Origin: a virus
Length of the DNA: 64,000 nt
Direction: 5' to 3' (one strand)
Virus record (IMG/VR): IMGVR_UViG_3300025057_000003
Coordinates: 1-64,000 of that record
Position 1 is the first letter of the stretch. Every line of letters starts with the position of its first letter. Of this stretch, positions 8,196 to 19,140 are shown in pieces. Both the position numbers and the translations under genes were made by a program. The notes under the pieces were generated by a model. That model ran no database searches and had not been told where the DNA came from. It saw only the letters and a list, made by a program, of their open reading frames with translations.

Positions 8196-8707
8196 TTACA
8201 AAGTTATTTGATATACAAAATGATAAGGTTGTTGTAACAGAACACTGTTATACTTTAAACTTTTTAAAATCTATAATGGATGATTATCCTGAAACATATA
8301 TGAGTATTTATCAATACTTATTTTATATGACTGCTCCTGATCCAGAGTCTAATCCATTTTTTAATTTACCGGAGCATGAAAAAGAGGATATTGTTATAGA
8401 TGAAGTAGGATTGGAAGAATCACCTGAAGATCCTAAAATAAGATATGCTTTGGATATGTGTATGAAGATGTATGAAACCCCTACATACAGAGCTTATATG
8501 GGTATCAAAAAAGCATTAGATAATATGGCTACATATATGGCTAATACTCAAATTACAGATGGTAGAGATGGTAATATTAGTCAAATACGGGCTGTAGCAA
8601 AAGACTTTGATGCAATTAGACAATCATTTAAAGGCGCATATAAAGATCTTAAAGATGAACAAACAACATCAGTTAGGGGAGGACAGGGATTAGCTTATGA
8701 CCAATAA
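8192..8707 (+). CDS. Conserved phage protein upstream of terminase (possible terminase small subunit)
   Basis: 171-aa helical protein. Function is suggested by position only. Confidence 0.6.
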   Translation: MITKLFDIQNDKVVVTEHCYTLNFLKSIMDDYPETYMSIYQYLFYMTAPDPESNPFFNLPEHEKEDIVIDEVGLEESPEDPKIRYALDMCMKMYETPTYRAYMGIKKALDNMATYMANTQITDGRDGNISQIRAVAKDFDAIRQSFKGAYKDLKDEQTTSVRGGQGLAYDQ

Positions 8708-8778
8708 AAAAGATAGGCTTACATTCCTTTACTGGGATGAGCCAATATGGAAAGAGAAACCAACAAAACAAAATAAAA

Positions 8779-9045
8779 ATGAAGATAATACCATTAGGAA
8801 AGAAAGTTCTGATAAAAGATGTCCAACCGTCTCAATACTATCCAGGGACAACAATAATAAAGACGGAGATTGAAAAAGAATATCTAGCGGAAGTAATTGC
8901 TGTAGGTGAAGATGTTAGTACCTTAAGTGTTGGGGATAGAGTGAAATACCATGAACACGCAACAGGTATTGACATGAAACATGATGGTGAGGACTGTATG
9001 CTAGTTAATGTGGATATGATATTTGCTAAAGTTGTAGATGAGTAA
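8779..9045 (+). CDS. groES: Co-chaperonin GroES (cpn10)-like protein
   Basis: MKIIPLGKKVLIK...AEVIAVGEDV..LSVGDRVKY...MLVNVDMIFAKV matches the cpn10 pattern. Start ATG 8779. Confidence 0.85.
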   Translation: MKIIPLGKKVLIKDVQPSQYYPGTTIIKTEIEKEYLAEVIAVGEDVSTLSVGDRVKYHEHATGIDMKHDGEDCMLVNVDMIFAKVVDE

Positions 9046-11218
9046 GGTTATTCCAACATATGATAATGGTGAATGGACTACAACCACTTTTGAGAATGAT
9101 CAGGAGTGGTTGGACTTTTTATTGCCGTTATTTAAAGAACCCGGTCAATATAACTTTGATGAAACCTCCTATTTGTTTAATGAACAAGCTAGAATATTTA
9201 ATGATCAAGGATTCTATTGCAATAAACCTTTTAGATCTAAAGATTTTATTAAATATTGGGATGAGGAGAAAGATAAGTGTAGAAAAGGTGTAATATTTAA
9301 GAATAATGGTAATACTTGGTATCTTTGCAGAGACTACTACATGTGGTTAAACTTTCTTCCTATCTATGACAAAGAAGAAAAAGCGTATGGTTTTGCTAAA
9401 GTACGTGATGCTCAATATCACATGGCTCTTTATGAACTATTGGCAGAACTAAACCACAAACATTCAGCTATATTTAAGAAACGGCAGATAGCATCTTCTT
9501 ATTTCCATATGGGTAAGATTATAAACACATATTGGTTTGAAGAAGGATCTGTGTGTAAGATTGGGGCAAGTCTTAAAGACTATATCAATGATAAAGGTTC
9601 TTGGAAGTTCTTAGAAGAATATAGAGATTTTCTAAATGAGCATACGGCATGGTATAGACCTAGTAATCCAGAAAAGGTTTTGTTATGGCAGCAGCAAATA
9701 GAAGTTAAAATTGGTAATAGAAAAACTAGTAAAGGTTTAAAGTCTAAAATACAAGGTGCATCATTTGAAAAGAATGCAACAACCGGGGTAGGGGGACCGA
9801 CAACTTACTTCTTTCATGAGGAAGCTGGTATTGCACCTAAGATGATGGACACTTATGAATACCTTAGACCTGCAATGTCTTCAGGTATGATGACTACCGG
9901 TATGTTTATAGCGGCTGGATCTGTGGGTGATTTAGATCAATGTATTCCATTAAAGGATATGATATTAAATCCATTGAACAATGATATATATGCTGTAGAA
10001 ACTGATTTAATGGATGCTGATGGTACTAAAGGGTTGTCTGGTTTATTTATTCCAGAACAATGGTCAATGCCTCCACACATAGATGATTATGGCAACTCTA
10101 AAGTAGAGGAAGCTTTAGATGCCATTATGAAAGAGCGTGCTGAATGGAAGATTAAACTAAACCCTGAACAATATCAGTTAAGAATATCTCAGAAACCAAC
10201 TAATATAGCAGAAGGGTTTGCCTATAGGAAGGAATCAATATTTCCACAAGGGCTTATCCAGAAGCAACTTAAAAAGATTGAAGATAAAGAATATCATTAT
10301 GAGCATATAGAGCTTGAAAGAACTCATGATGGGATAAAAGCAAAAAGAACATCTAAGCTTCCAATATCTACTTTTCCTGTAGATAAAAAGATGCAAGATA
10401 AATCAGGATCTCTTGTTGTTTGGGAAAGACCTGTTAAGAATCCAGAGTGGGGTGCATACTATGCTTCTATTGACCCCGTATCTGAAGGTAAAACTACAAC
10501 GTCAGACTCATTGTGTAGTATTTATGTTTACAAAAATGCAGTAGAGATAACAAGAGAAACTCCAGAAGGTGTAGAGCAAATAATTGAACAGGACAAAATA
10601 GTTGCTGCATGGTGCGGTAGATATGATGACGTAAACAAAACACATGAGCAACTTCAATTAATTATTGAGTGGTATAATGCCTGGACGGTAGTTGAGAACA
10701 ACATATCATTGTTTATCCAGTACATGATATCTAAAAAGAAACAAAAATATCTTGTACCTAAACAACAAATACTCTTCTTAAAAGATCTTGGGTCTAACAA
10801 AACGGTCTATCAAGAATATGGTTGGAAGAATACAGGAACATTATTTAAATCTCATCTTATATCTTATGCTATTGAATTTTTACGTGAAGAAATAGATGAA
10901 GATCTTGATGAAGAAGGTAACACTATAAGCTCTACATTGGGTATAGAAAGAATACCAGATCCCATGTTACTAAAGGAGATGCTAGCATATCAACCGGGAG
11001 TAAACGTGGATAGATTAGTTTCATTTGCAGCATTGATTGCTTTTGCTAAAGTTCAGCAATCAAATAGAGGTTATTTGAAAGTTAAAGAAACAGATTCTTC
11101 CTTGGAAAAGTCACAAAATTTGTATAAATTAAAGTATAGTCCGTTTAAAAATATAGGACGTAGTAAGTCAACTTTAGCAAGAACAGTAAAAAGGAGCGGA
11201 TTTAAAAATTTTAGATAA
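9038..11218 (+). CDS. terL: Terminase large subunit
   Basis: Walker-A-like KKRQIASS, Walker-B FFHEEAG, nuclease motifs ASIDPV and VENN, and C-terminal NVDRLVS. Lies upstream of portal, as in crAss-like phages. Confidence 0.92.
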   Translation: MSKVIPTYDNGEWTTTTFENDQEWLDFLLPLFKEPGQYNFDETSYLFNEQARIFNDQGFYCNKPFRSKDFIKYWDEEKDKCRKGVIFKNNGNTWYLCRDYYMWLNFLPIYDKEEKAYGFAKVRDAQYHMALYELLAELNHKHSAIFKKRQIASSYFHMGKIINTYWFEEGSVCKIGASLKDYINDKGSWKFLEEYRDFLNEHTAWYRPSNPEKVLLWQQQIEVKIGNRKTSKGLKSKIQGASFEKNATTGVGGPTTYFFHEEAGIAPKMMDTYEYLRPAMSSGMMTTGMFIAAGSVGDLDQCIPLKDMILNPLNNDIYAVETDLMDADGTKGLSGLFIPEQWSMPPHIDDYGNSKVEEALDAIMKERAEWKIKLNPEQYQLRISQKPTNIAEGFAYRKESIFPQGLIQKQLKKIEDKEYHYEHIELERTHDGIKAKRTSKLPISTFPVDKKMQDKSGSLVVWERPVKNPEWGAYYASIDPVSEGKTTTSDSLCSIYVYKNAVEITRETPEGVEQIIEQDKIVAAWCGRYDDVNKTHEQLQLIIEWYNAWTVVENNISLFIQYMISKKKQKYLVPKQQILFLKDLGSNKTVYQEYGWKNTGTLFKSHLISYAIEFLREEIDEDLDEEGNTISSTLGIERIPDPMLLKEMLAYQPGVNVDRLVSFAALIAFAKVQQSNRGYLKVKETDSSLEKSQNLYKLKYSPFKNIGRSKSTLARTVKRSGFKNFR

Positions 11219-13983
11219 TGAAAGTATTTAATGCATTACAGCTTAAAAATGGTGCAAAAGGTGAAGGTTATCCAACCTCATCAAGCTTAACTCAACCTAT
11301 ACAGTTTTTACCATCAAAGAAAAAGAATGATGACTGGTATGCTTGGAATATAGATTGGTTAGAGTTACAAGGTATTGAGTTTTTAAGGCATAATGCAAGA
11401 AAGCTTTTAAAAAACTATAAGCTTGCCAAAGGTATTATTGACAAGACAGATTATATTGTAGAGGAAGATAATGACTACAAAGATTTAATGGATGTCCTTA
11501 CAAAAGAGGACTCATCTGCATTAGAGCTAAAGTTCTATCCTATTATTCCTAATGTAGTTAATGTACTTACTGGCGAGTTTTCTAACCGTTATTCTAAAGT
11601 TCAATTTAGAGCTGTTGATGATACATCTTATAATGAAATGTTGGAGCAGAAAAGAGCTATGATAGAAGAGAATCTACTAGCAGATGCATCAGCTAAGTTA
11701 ACAGCTAGAATGATTGAGATGGGAGCGGATTTGGAATCAGAGGAATCTCAGCAACAGTTAAGCCCTGAAAATTTAAAAACACTTCCAGAAATAGAAGACT
11801 TCTTTTCTAAAGACTATAGATCTATGATAGAAGAGTGGGCTTCTCATCAGCTTGCAGTAGATGAAGAGAGATTCAAAATGCAAGAGCTTGAGGAAAGAGC
11901 TTTCCGTGATATGCTTATTTGTGACAGAGAATTTTGGCATTTTAAAATGTTAGAGGATGATTATGATATAGAGCTTTGGAATCCCGTTCTAACATTCTAT
12001 CAGAAGTCTCCAGATGTTAGATATATATCTAATGCAAATTATGCCGGTAAAATTGATTTAATGACTGTTTCAGATGTCATTGATAAGTATGGCTATCTAA
12101 TGACAGAACCTCAACTACATTCTCTTCAAGAGATATATCCTGCAAGATCTGCATTGTATCAAGTAAATGGCATGCAGAATGATGGTTCATATTATGATCC
12201 TTCTCGTTCACATGAATGGAATACCCAAATGCCTGGACTAGCATATAGACAATATGTAAGTAACTGGAATGATGATCCAAAAAGAGGAGGTGATATTGTA
12301 AGTATGATTCTTAATGAGGGTGAAGATGTAGGTATATGGGGTGAATCAGAGCTTATGCGTGTTACAACAACATACTGGAAAACACAACGCAAACTTGGAC
12401 ATCTAACTAGAATAAAAAAAGATGGTGAGATAATTCAAGAAATCATTGATGAAAATTATAAAGTCACTGAAACACCTGTATATGATACAACAATCTATAA
12501 GCAGAAAACAAAAGAAAATTTACTTGAAGGTGAGCATATAGACTGGATTTGGGTAAATGAAGTATGCGGTGGTGTTAAGATTGGACCTAACTTACCTGCA
12601 TTCTGGAGATCTAATATGGGTGATAATATTAATCCAATATATCTTGGAATAAATAGAACTAAGCCAGGAAGAATACCGTTTCAATTTAAAGGAGATAAAA
12701 CATTATATGGATGCAAGCTTCCAGTTGAAGGTAGAGTATTCTCAGATAGAAATACAAGATCAACATCTTTGGTAGATCTAATGAAAGCATATCAGATTGG
12801 ATATAATATGGTAAACAATCAGATTGCAGATATCTTAGTGGATGAGCTTGGTACTGTAATTATGTTTGATCAAAATGCTTTACCAAGACATTCAATGGGT
12901 GAAGATTGGGGTAAACACAATTATGCTAAAGCATATGTAGCAATGAAAGATTTTCAGATGCTACCTCTTGATACTTCAATTACAAATACAGAAAACGCTA
13001 CAAACTTTAATCACTATCAGACTTTAAATATGGAACAGTCTGGAAGATTAATGTCTAGAATACAATTAGCCAATTACTTTAAACAACAAGCATTTGAATC
13101 TATTGGTGTAAATGCTCAACGTTTGGGAGCTCCAATTGGACAAGAAACTGCAACAGGTGTAGTTCAAGCATTAAATCAGTCATATGCACAAACTGAATTA
13201 TATTTCACACAGCATGCTGATCAACTAATGCCAAGAGTTCATCAAATGCGTACAGACTTAGCTCAGTTCTATCACAGCACTAATCCTAGCGTTAGACTTA
13301 GTTATATTACAACAGAGGCTGAAAAGGTGAACTTTGTTATTGATGGCACAGATTTATTATTACGCGACTTTAACATATTTACTACAACTAAAACAAATCA
13401 TAGAGCTATTCTTGATCAGTTAAAACAAATGGCTATTCAAAACAATACTACAGGTGCAAGCATCTATGATCTAGGAAATGTAATTAAAGCAGAATCTATT
13501 GCTGAAGTTTCTGATATACTTAAAGATGCTGAAATAAGAACTCAAAAACAAAGAGAGCAAGAAATGCAGCAACAACAGCAAATGCAGCAACAACAACTTG
13601 AAGCTCAACAACAGCAAGAACAAATGAAATTGCAGTTTGAGCAACAAGAAAATGAAAAAGATAGACAAAATGATCTAATGATTGCTGAAATTAGAGCTGC
13701 TGGTTATGGAGCTCAAAGTGATATTGATCAAAACCAAGTATCTGATTTTAGAGATGCAATGGCTGATATGAAAGAAAGCTCTAGATATAGAGAGCAAATG
13801 AATATGCAGCGGGATCAAAATATCATGAAGCAACAAGAGTCTAAAGCTAAAATGGATGTTGAAAGAGAGAGGCTTAGAACACAGCAATCAGTTGCCAATA
13901 CTAATTTAGAAATAGCTAGAGAGAACAAAAATAAGTATGATGTTCAAGCTAAAAAAGAAGAAAACAAAAAGAAGAAAAAATAA
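11218..13983 (+). CDS. Portal protein
   Basis: 921 aa directly after terL. YPIIPNVVNVLTGE and SLVDLMKAYQIGYN motifs, with a Q-rich coiled-coil C-terminus as in crAss-like portals. Confidence 0.88.
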   Translation: MKVFNALQLKNGAKGEGYPTSSSLTQPIQFLPSKKKNDDWYAWNIDWLELQGIEFLRHNARKLLKNYKLAKGIIDKTDYIVEEDNDYKDLMDVLTKEDSSALELKFYPIIPNVVNVLTGEFSNRYSKVQFRAVDDTSYNEMLEQKRAMIEENLLADASAKLTARMIEMGADLESEESQQQLSPENLKTLPEIEDFFSKDYRSMIEEWASHQLAVDEERFKMQELEERAFRDMLICDREFWHFKMLEDDYDIELWNPVLTFYQKSPDVRYISNANYAGKIDLMTVSDVIDKYGYLMTEPQLHSLQEIYPARSALYQVNGMQNDGSYYDPSRSHEWNTQMPGLAYRQYVSNWNDDPKRGGDIVSMILNEGEDVGIWGESELMRVTTTYWKTQRKLGHLTRIKKDGEIIQEIIDENYKVTETPVYDTTIYKQKTKENLLEGEHIDWIWVNEVCGGVKIGPNLPAFWRSNMGDNINPIYLGINRTKPGRIPFQFKGDKTLYGCKLPVEGRVFSDRNTRSTSLVDLMKAYQIGYNMVNNQIADILVDELGTVIMFDQNALPRHSMGEDWGKHNYAKAYVAMKDFQMLPLDTSITNTENATNFNHYQTLNMEQSGRLMSRIQLANYFKQQAFESIGVNAQRLGAPIGQETATGVVQALNQSYAQTELYFTQHADQLMPRVHQMRTDLAQFYHSTNPSVRLSYITTEAEKVNFVIDGTDLLLRDFNIFTTTKTNHRAILDQLKQMAIQNNTTGASIYDLGNVIKAESIAEVSDILKDAEIRTQKQREQEMQQQQQMQQQQLEAQQQQEQMKLQFEQQENEKDRQNDLMIAEIRAAGYGAQSDIDQNQVSDFRDAMADMKESSRYREQMNMQRDQNIMKQQESKAKMDVERERLRTQQSVANTNLEIARENKNKYDVQAKKEENKKKKK

Positions 13984-14129
13984 AATAAATTTATTTTTCA
14001 AAAGTGTTTTTTAACGTTAGCTATAATACTAGTAAAAACTTTAAACAAAAATCAAATAATATAAGTTTATTTGGAAAGTTTGTTTTATATTATATATGAT
14101 AGTTCATTTGAATTTTAAAACCAACAATT

Positions 14130-15398
14130 ATGAGTGATATGAATATGGAAGAAACTACTGTAGAAAAAGTAGACATTGACATTGATGAAGTATTTGGTGC
14201 AAGTGCTGATAACATTACGTTAGCTGAAGAAGAGCCAAAGAAACCTAATATGTTTCAAAGACCCAATCCTGAAGCTGATTTTTCATTTACAGAAAAAGTA
14301 GAAAAAGAAGATTGGATGGATGAGGAAGATGTTGTAACTCCAGAAGTTGTAACTAAAAAAACTAAAGCTGGAATAAAAGCTGAAGGAGATGAAATATTAG
14401 ATGATATATCTAATGAAGAAGAAGAAGACCTAGAAGAACTAAAAGCAGAAACTAGAGGTAGAAAACCAATTAACGGATTTACAGATGTAATTAATAAGAT
14501 GGTTAAATCTGAGAGATTATTTGCATTTGATGATGACAAACCTCTTGAGGAATACACAGCTAAAGATATTGAAGACCTTCTTGAAGCTAACTTAGAAGAA
14601 AGAGCTAATCAGGTTAGACGTGAAACACCTAAACAATTTTTTGATGCTCTTCCTAATGAATTAAAAGTAGCGGCACAATATGTTGCAAATGGTGGTACAG
14701 ATCTTAAAAGTTTATTTAAAACTTTAGCACAAGCCGAAGAGACTTTTGAGATTGATCCATCAAGCGAGGCTGGACAAGAAAGAATTATTACTGAGTACTT
14801 AACAAATACAGAGTATGGTACTCCAGAAGAAATTGCAGAAGAAATAGAAATATGGAAAGACTTAGGTAAACTAGAACAGCAAGCTATGAAGTTTAAACCT
14901 AAGTTAGATAAGATGCAAGAAAAAGTTGTAGCACAAAGACTACAAGAACAAGAGCTTAAACAAAAGCAGCAAGCTGAAGCTTCTAAACAATATATGAATA
15001 ATGTTTATCATACTCTAAAAGATGGGACTCTTGGGAATATGAGACTTGACAGAAAGACTCAAGCATTATTATATAATGGTTTAGTTCAGCCAGCGTATCC
15101 TTCAGTTAGTGGTAAAAACACTAATTTACTAGGACACTTATTAGAAAAGTATCAGTTCCAGGAGCCTAACTATACTTTGATTTCTGAAGCTCTATGGTTA
15201 CTAGCTGATCCAAATGGATATAAGTCTAGAATTATGGAGTTAGGAGCTAAGATGAATACTGAAAAGACAGTTAGAAAACTTAAGATGGAACAAGCTAATA
15301 AGGGAACTGCTTCTCTAGGTGTGGCGGAAAGAGAAAAAGAAGAAAAGCCAAAAAAGAGAACAATACCTAAACCAACAAACATTTTTAAAAGGATTTAA
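14130..15398 (+). CDS. Acidic scaffold-like protein
   Basis: Very acidic N-half and helical C-half, located between portal and MCP. Confidence 0.7.
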   Translation: MSDMNMEETTVEKVDIDIDEVFGASADNITLAEEEPKKPNMFQRPNPEADFSFTEKVEKEDWMDEEDVVTPEVVTKKTKAGIKAEGDEILDDISNEEEEDLEELKAETRGRKPINGFTDVINKMVKSERLFAFDDDKPLEEYTAKDIEDLLEANLEERANQVRRETPKQFFDALPNELKVAAQYVANGGTDLKSLFKTLAQAEETFEIDPSSEAGQERIITEYLTNTEYGTPEEIAEEIEIWKDLGKLEQQAMKFKPKLDKMQEKVVAQRLQEQELKQKQQAEASKQYMNNVYHTLKDGTLGNMRLDRKTQALLYNGLVQPAYPSVSGKNTNLLGHLLEKYQFQEPNYTLISEALWLLADPNGYKSRIMELGAKMNTEKTVRKLKMEQANKGTASLGVAEREKEEKPKKRTIPKPTNIFKRI

Positions 15399-15435
15399 CA
15401 ATCAAACAATAAATAACAACTAAAAACAATCAATT

Positions 15436-17055
15436 ATGGCAACTCCAGTTTTAAACAATGGGATATTCCTGAGAGATACAGCTTACAAAGCTTCCTCTCA
15501 TGTTGATTCCTATCACTTGTCTCAAATGCTGGGTTCTTCTGAACCTATGGATATGGGGCCGGTTGATCTATGGGCAATGACTCAAAAAGTTGAAATGCCC
15601 CTCTATCAAATGGCATCATTTGGTGGTAAAAACACAATCATGGTAGATAATGCTCGTGGTGAGTATAAGTGGCAAACTCCAATTGCACAAGATCTTCCTT
15701 TCATTGTTTCTAACATTGAAGCAGCGAATGATCTTGGTGCAGACGGTACTACTTTTAGAATTAAACTTTCTAAAAGAGCTTTTGGTCATGGTGACATTAT
15801 TACCTATGATAAGTATAATGGACTTGAGATGTACATCACTGCTGAGGATATTATTCCTGCTGGTGATGGATTCATTTACACAGTTCAGTTAGTGAATAAC
15901 AACAATGCAGCTAGCTTAGATGCTTCTTTGTATTTGGTTCCTGGAACTAAGTATTTTAGAAAAGGTTCTGCTAGAGGTGAGTATGGTGAAAGATTTTCAG
16001 ACCTTGAGACTGGATCTGGATTCCGTGAGTTCTACAACTTTGTAGGAGGAGCTGAAGCACACGTACACTATTCAATTTCTTCAAGAGCTGATTTGATGCT
16101 TAAAGGAGGAATGAATGCAGATGGTACTGTTCCAGTAACTGAGATCTGGAGAAACTTTAATCAAGATCCTAACAATCCATCTGTTTCTTCTATTGAAGAG
16201 TTAGTTGCAAGTATGGGTAAAGCAGGAGCAAGAGAAGCATTTGAAAGCGGTTCTTTATCAAGAACTTTCGTTACAAATATGGAAGCTGCTCACTTATCTA
16301 AAATTGCAAATGACATTGAAACTTACCTAATGTGGGGTAAAGGTGGTAGAATCAGACAAGATGGTCCAGATGATATTAGATTATCTGTTGGTCTTTGGTC
16401 ACAGTTGGATAACTCATTTAAAAGAGTATACAACAAGTCTAGCTTTACACTTGATATGTTTAAATCTGAATTGTATAACTTCTACCAAGGTAAAGTTGAG
16501 TTTAAAGGACCAGATCCACAACGTCAGCTTATTGTACAAACAGGTATCGGTGGTATGCAACTAATTAACAAAGCTATTGCTGATGAAGTATATGGTTCTG
16601 GATTAGTTCAAAATGCAACTGATATTGGTGCAGTAACTGGTAAAGGAATGGATCTAGACTTTGGATTTGCTTATACAAGCTTTACAATTCCTTTCCTTGC
16701 TAACGTTAAGTTTGTACTTAACCCAGCATTTGATAACTTACACACTAATGATATTGAGAATCCATTGATTGATGGACGTCCTCTTAGCTCATTCAGCTTT
16801 ATCATTTTTGATGTAACTGATAATGGAAATGATAACATTCACTTGTTGAAGTTATCTTGGGATAATCAACTTAAGTGGTTCTACCAAAATGGTACAATGG
16901 ACTACATGGGACGAACTCAAGGGTTTGCTTCTACTGGACAGTTCAATGGATACAGAGTTTATATGACTCAGTGTATGCCAGCTATTTGGGTAAAAGATCC
17001 AACTAAAGTGTTGAAGATTGTAATGAGAAACCCAGTAACGGGAGGATCATTCTAA
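15436..17055 (+). CDS. Major capsid protein
   Basis: 539 aa, in the position expected for MCP, and followed by a strong terminator. ETYLMWGKG and C-terminal AIWVKDPTKVLKI resemble crAss-like MCPs. Confidence 0.85.
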   Translation: MATPVLNNGIFLRDTAYKASSHVDSYHLSQMLGSSEPMDMGPVDLWAMTQKVEMPLYQMASFGGKNTIMVDNARGEYKWQTPIAQDLPFIVSNIEAANDLGADGTTFRIKLSKRAFGHGDIITYDKYNGLEMYITAEDIIPAGDGFIYTVQLVNNNNAASLDASLYLVPGTKYFRKGSARGEYGERFSDLETGSGFREFYNFVGGAEAHVHYSISSRADLMLKGGMNADGTVPVTEIWRNFNQDPNNPSVSSIEELVASMGKAGAREAFESGSLSRTFVTNMEAAHLSKIANDIETYLMWGKGGRIRQDGPDDIRLSVGLWSQLDNSFKRVYNKSSFTLDMFKSELYNFYQGKVEFKGPDPQRQLIVQTGIGGMQLINKAIADEVYGSGLVQNATDIGAVTGKGMDLDFGFAYTSFTIPFLANVKFVLNPAFDNLHTNDIENPLIDGRPLSSFSFIIFDVTDNGNDNIHLLKLSWDNQLKWFYQNGTMDYMGRTQGFASTGQFNGYRVYMTQCMPAIWVKDPTKVLKIVMRNPVTGGSF

Positions 17056-17067
17056 GAATAGTTAAAT

Positions 17068-17094
17068 GGGGAGGTCAATCCTCCCCTTTTTTTT
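17068..17094 (+). terminator. Rho-independent terminator after MCP
   Basis: GGGGAGG-TCAAT-CCTCCCC followed by T8. Confidence 0.9.
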
Positions 17095-17115
17095 AACCCT
17101 TTAAAGCAATAAAAG

Positions 17116-17310
17116 ATGTGGTGGAGAAATAGAAAAAAAACTGAAAAAGTTACTGAGTTTACAAATCAAGATGCTTCTAAACTTGTTGCTTCACAAAAAA
17201 GTGGTAAAGATTTGAAAGAATTTGCTAGTAATGCGGCAGCTCTTGCTGGAGGATTAGTTGAAGGTGATCTATATACTACAAGTGGTGCGGTAAAAATTGT
17301 AACAGCATAA
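17116..17310 (+). CDS. Small virion protein (head fibre/decoration-like)
   Basis: C-terminal FASNAAALAGGLVEGDLYTTSGAVKIV resembles phage fibre-type motifs. Confidence 0.6.
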   Translation: MWWRNRKKTEKVTEFTNQDASKLVASQKSGKDLKEFASNAAALAGGLVEGDLYTTSGAVKIVTA

Positions 17311-17416
17311 TACTCAAAAAACTTTGCCGGTGTAAACCGGCATTAGAAATATTAATTGATAATGTACATAATTATGTACTTTTGAGTAATAATTAATTTT
17401 TAAAACCAATAAACAA

Positions 17417-18433
17417 ATGGAAGATTACACTATTGTAGAAAAGTATCAGCAAGGTAAAGATACTACTGTAGCAATTAGGCCTTACTTTAATCCTGATAAA
17501 GAAAATATGGGGTTAGAGCAATATGGTATGTCACTTCATGAAGGAGTGTGGCACCAAGAATCATTAGCATGTCTTGAATTAAACGGAATTAAAAGATATG
17601 TTACTGGACTAAATGAGTTTGCCCCAGAAGTTAAAAAATTAGCGCCTGGAGAAAGAGAACTTAAAATTAAAGAAATCAGAAAAGCAGTTGCTCAATTAGA
17701 AGCTGAACTTGCCGCAAATATTATTGATCCAGAAGACAAAGACTTTTGGAATAAGGTGCAATTGTTAAAACCTGATAATGATAAGTTTTGGTCTAGAATA
17801 GAATTGAGATGCGGAAACGAACCTGTATTTTTAGATCCAGCTAGGGATCCTTATGATTTAATTAAAATATATGCAATTAATGCAGGTGGATTTTCAATGA
17901 TATCTAAATCTTTGAAAGATGCTAAAAAGTCTCCAAATCCAAAGAAATTTTATTTAGATCAACATCAAGAAACTGTATCTACAAGAACTGAATTTACTAA
18001 ACTTAGAAATAGAGCAATTGGAAAGTTAGAAGAACTTTATGATAAAAACTCTAGTAAGCTTATGTATGTTGCAAAAGTTGTTGATGCAGATAGTGTACAA
18101 TATAGTAAATCAACACAGCTTGATGTTATATATGAAAATATGGATGCTTTCATTAATGGACAAGGCACGGAATCTAGTAAGAAACGTGCAGCTGAATCAT
18201 TTATTGAAGCATCTAAAGACACTATGAAAAATCTAAAACTAAGATCTTTAGTTAAAGATGCTATGTTCTATAGATTTATTATGGTAAAATCTAACGGATG
18301 GATAGAACCTTTAGATAACAGCATACGTCTTGGTAAAGTACCTAGTGAAGTTGTTGAATATCTTCAGAATCCAGAAAATGATGAAGTATTAAAATCCTTG
18401 ATGGATAAGATAGAACCTTATTGGAATGCATAA
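17417..18433 (+). CDS. Conserved hypothetical protein of the head module
   Basis: 338-aa ORF with AAAACCAA leader. Confidence 0.8.
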   Translation: MEDYTIVEKYQQGKDTTVAIRPYFNPDKENMGLEQYGMSLHEGVWHQESLACLELNGIKRYVTGLNEFAPEVKKLAPGERELKIKEIRKAVAQLEAELAANIIDPEDKDFWNKVQLLKPDNDKFWSRIELRCGNEPVFLDPARDPYDLIKIYAINAGGFSMISKSLKDAKKSPNPKKFYLDQHQETVSTRTEFTKLRNRAIGKLEELYDKNSSKLMYVAKVVDADSVQYSKSTQLDVIYENMDAFINGQGTESSKKRAAESFIEASKDTMKNLKLRSLVKDAMFYRFIMVKSNGWIEPLDNSIRLGKVPSEVVEYLQNPENDEVLKSLMDKIEPYWNA

Positions 18434-19140
18434 TGGATAATGAAACTCTACAAATAAAACTTAAGCAAAGGCTCAACAAGCTGGACAGCAATGATTATGA
18501 TAACATTGAGAAATGGCAAATGGTTGAAGCTTTTAATAAGGCGCAAGTAGAATGGCCTAGAAGGCAGCTACATGGCGGTAACCCTTATAAAGAAGGTGAT
18601 GAATTCTCTAAAAGAAGAATTGATGACCTTCAGGTTTTATTGACAGAGTTGCCATTAACCGGTACTCAAACAGATACATACTTTGAAACAGACAACTTTC
18701 CTATAACAGATTACTTAGAATTTAAAAGGGTAAGTGCTGAGGCAAAGAGTGAATGTTGCCCAGATAATCTTCCAATGTCTGTTTATTTATCTGAAGAGGC
18801 TAACGTTAATCTAAATCTAAGAGATCCTTTAAAAAGACCTGATTTTGATTGGGCGGAAACATTCTGTACTTTATTAGGAAATAAGATCAGAATATACAGG
18901 AATACGGATTTTGATATTGTTAATCCAGTTCTAACATACTATAGAAGACCTACGTATATTGAGTTTGCTGGTGTTTTAAATCCATATACAGGTGTAGTAT
19001 CTGCTGTAGATGTTGAATCTGAATTTAAGGATGATATTGTTGAACTAATATTAGATGAAACTGCTGCTATTATTGCAGGTGATATTGATAACTACAATCA
19101 AATGCAGCGTGAGCAAGCAGCTGCTGAAAGATCTAACTAA
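18433..19140 (+). CDS. Putative head-tail adaptor/ring protein
   Basis: TAATG-coupled start (MDNETL). FNKAQ, RRIDDLQVL and LTYYRRP motifs resemble crAss-like ring proteins. Confidence 0.6.
   Translation: MDNETLQIKLKQRLNKLDSNDYDNIEKWQMVEAFNKAQVEWPRRQLHGGNPYKEGDEFSKRRIDDLQVLLTELPLTGTQTDTYFETDNFPITDYLEFKRVSAEAKSECCPDNLPMSVYLSEEANVNLNLRDPLKRPDFDWAETFCTLLGNKIRIYRNTDFDIVNPVLTYYRRPTYIEFAGVLNPYTGVVSAVDVESEFKDDIVELILDETAAIIAGDIDNYNQMQREQAAAERSN

Noticed and set aside
8697-8873. 58-aa ORF MTNKKDRLTFLYWDEPIW overlapping 8192-8707 and groES
   Set aside because: More than half overlaps groES in another frame and there is no motif support. It is possible but unsupported.
13550-13640. CAA/CAG-rich repeat tracts (also 44240-44300)
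   Set aside because: They encode Q/M-rich coiled-coil linkers and are not independent DNA repeats.
9038-17055. Introns or inteins in terminase, portal or MCP
   Set aside because: The ORFs are continuous, the sizes are plausible, and no intein termini or homing-endonuclease motifs were recognised.
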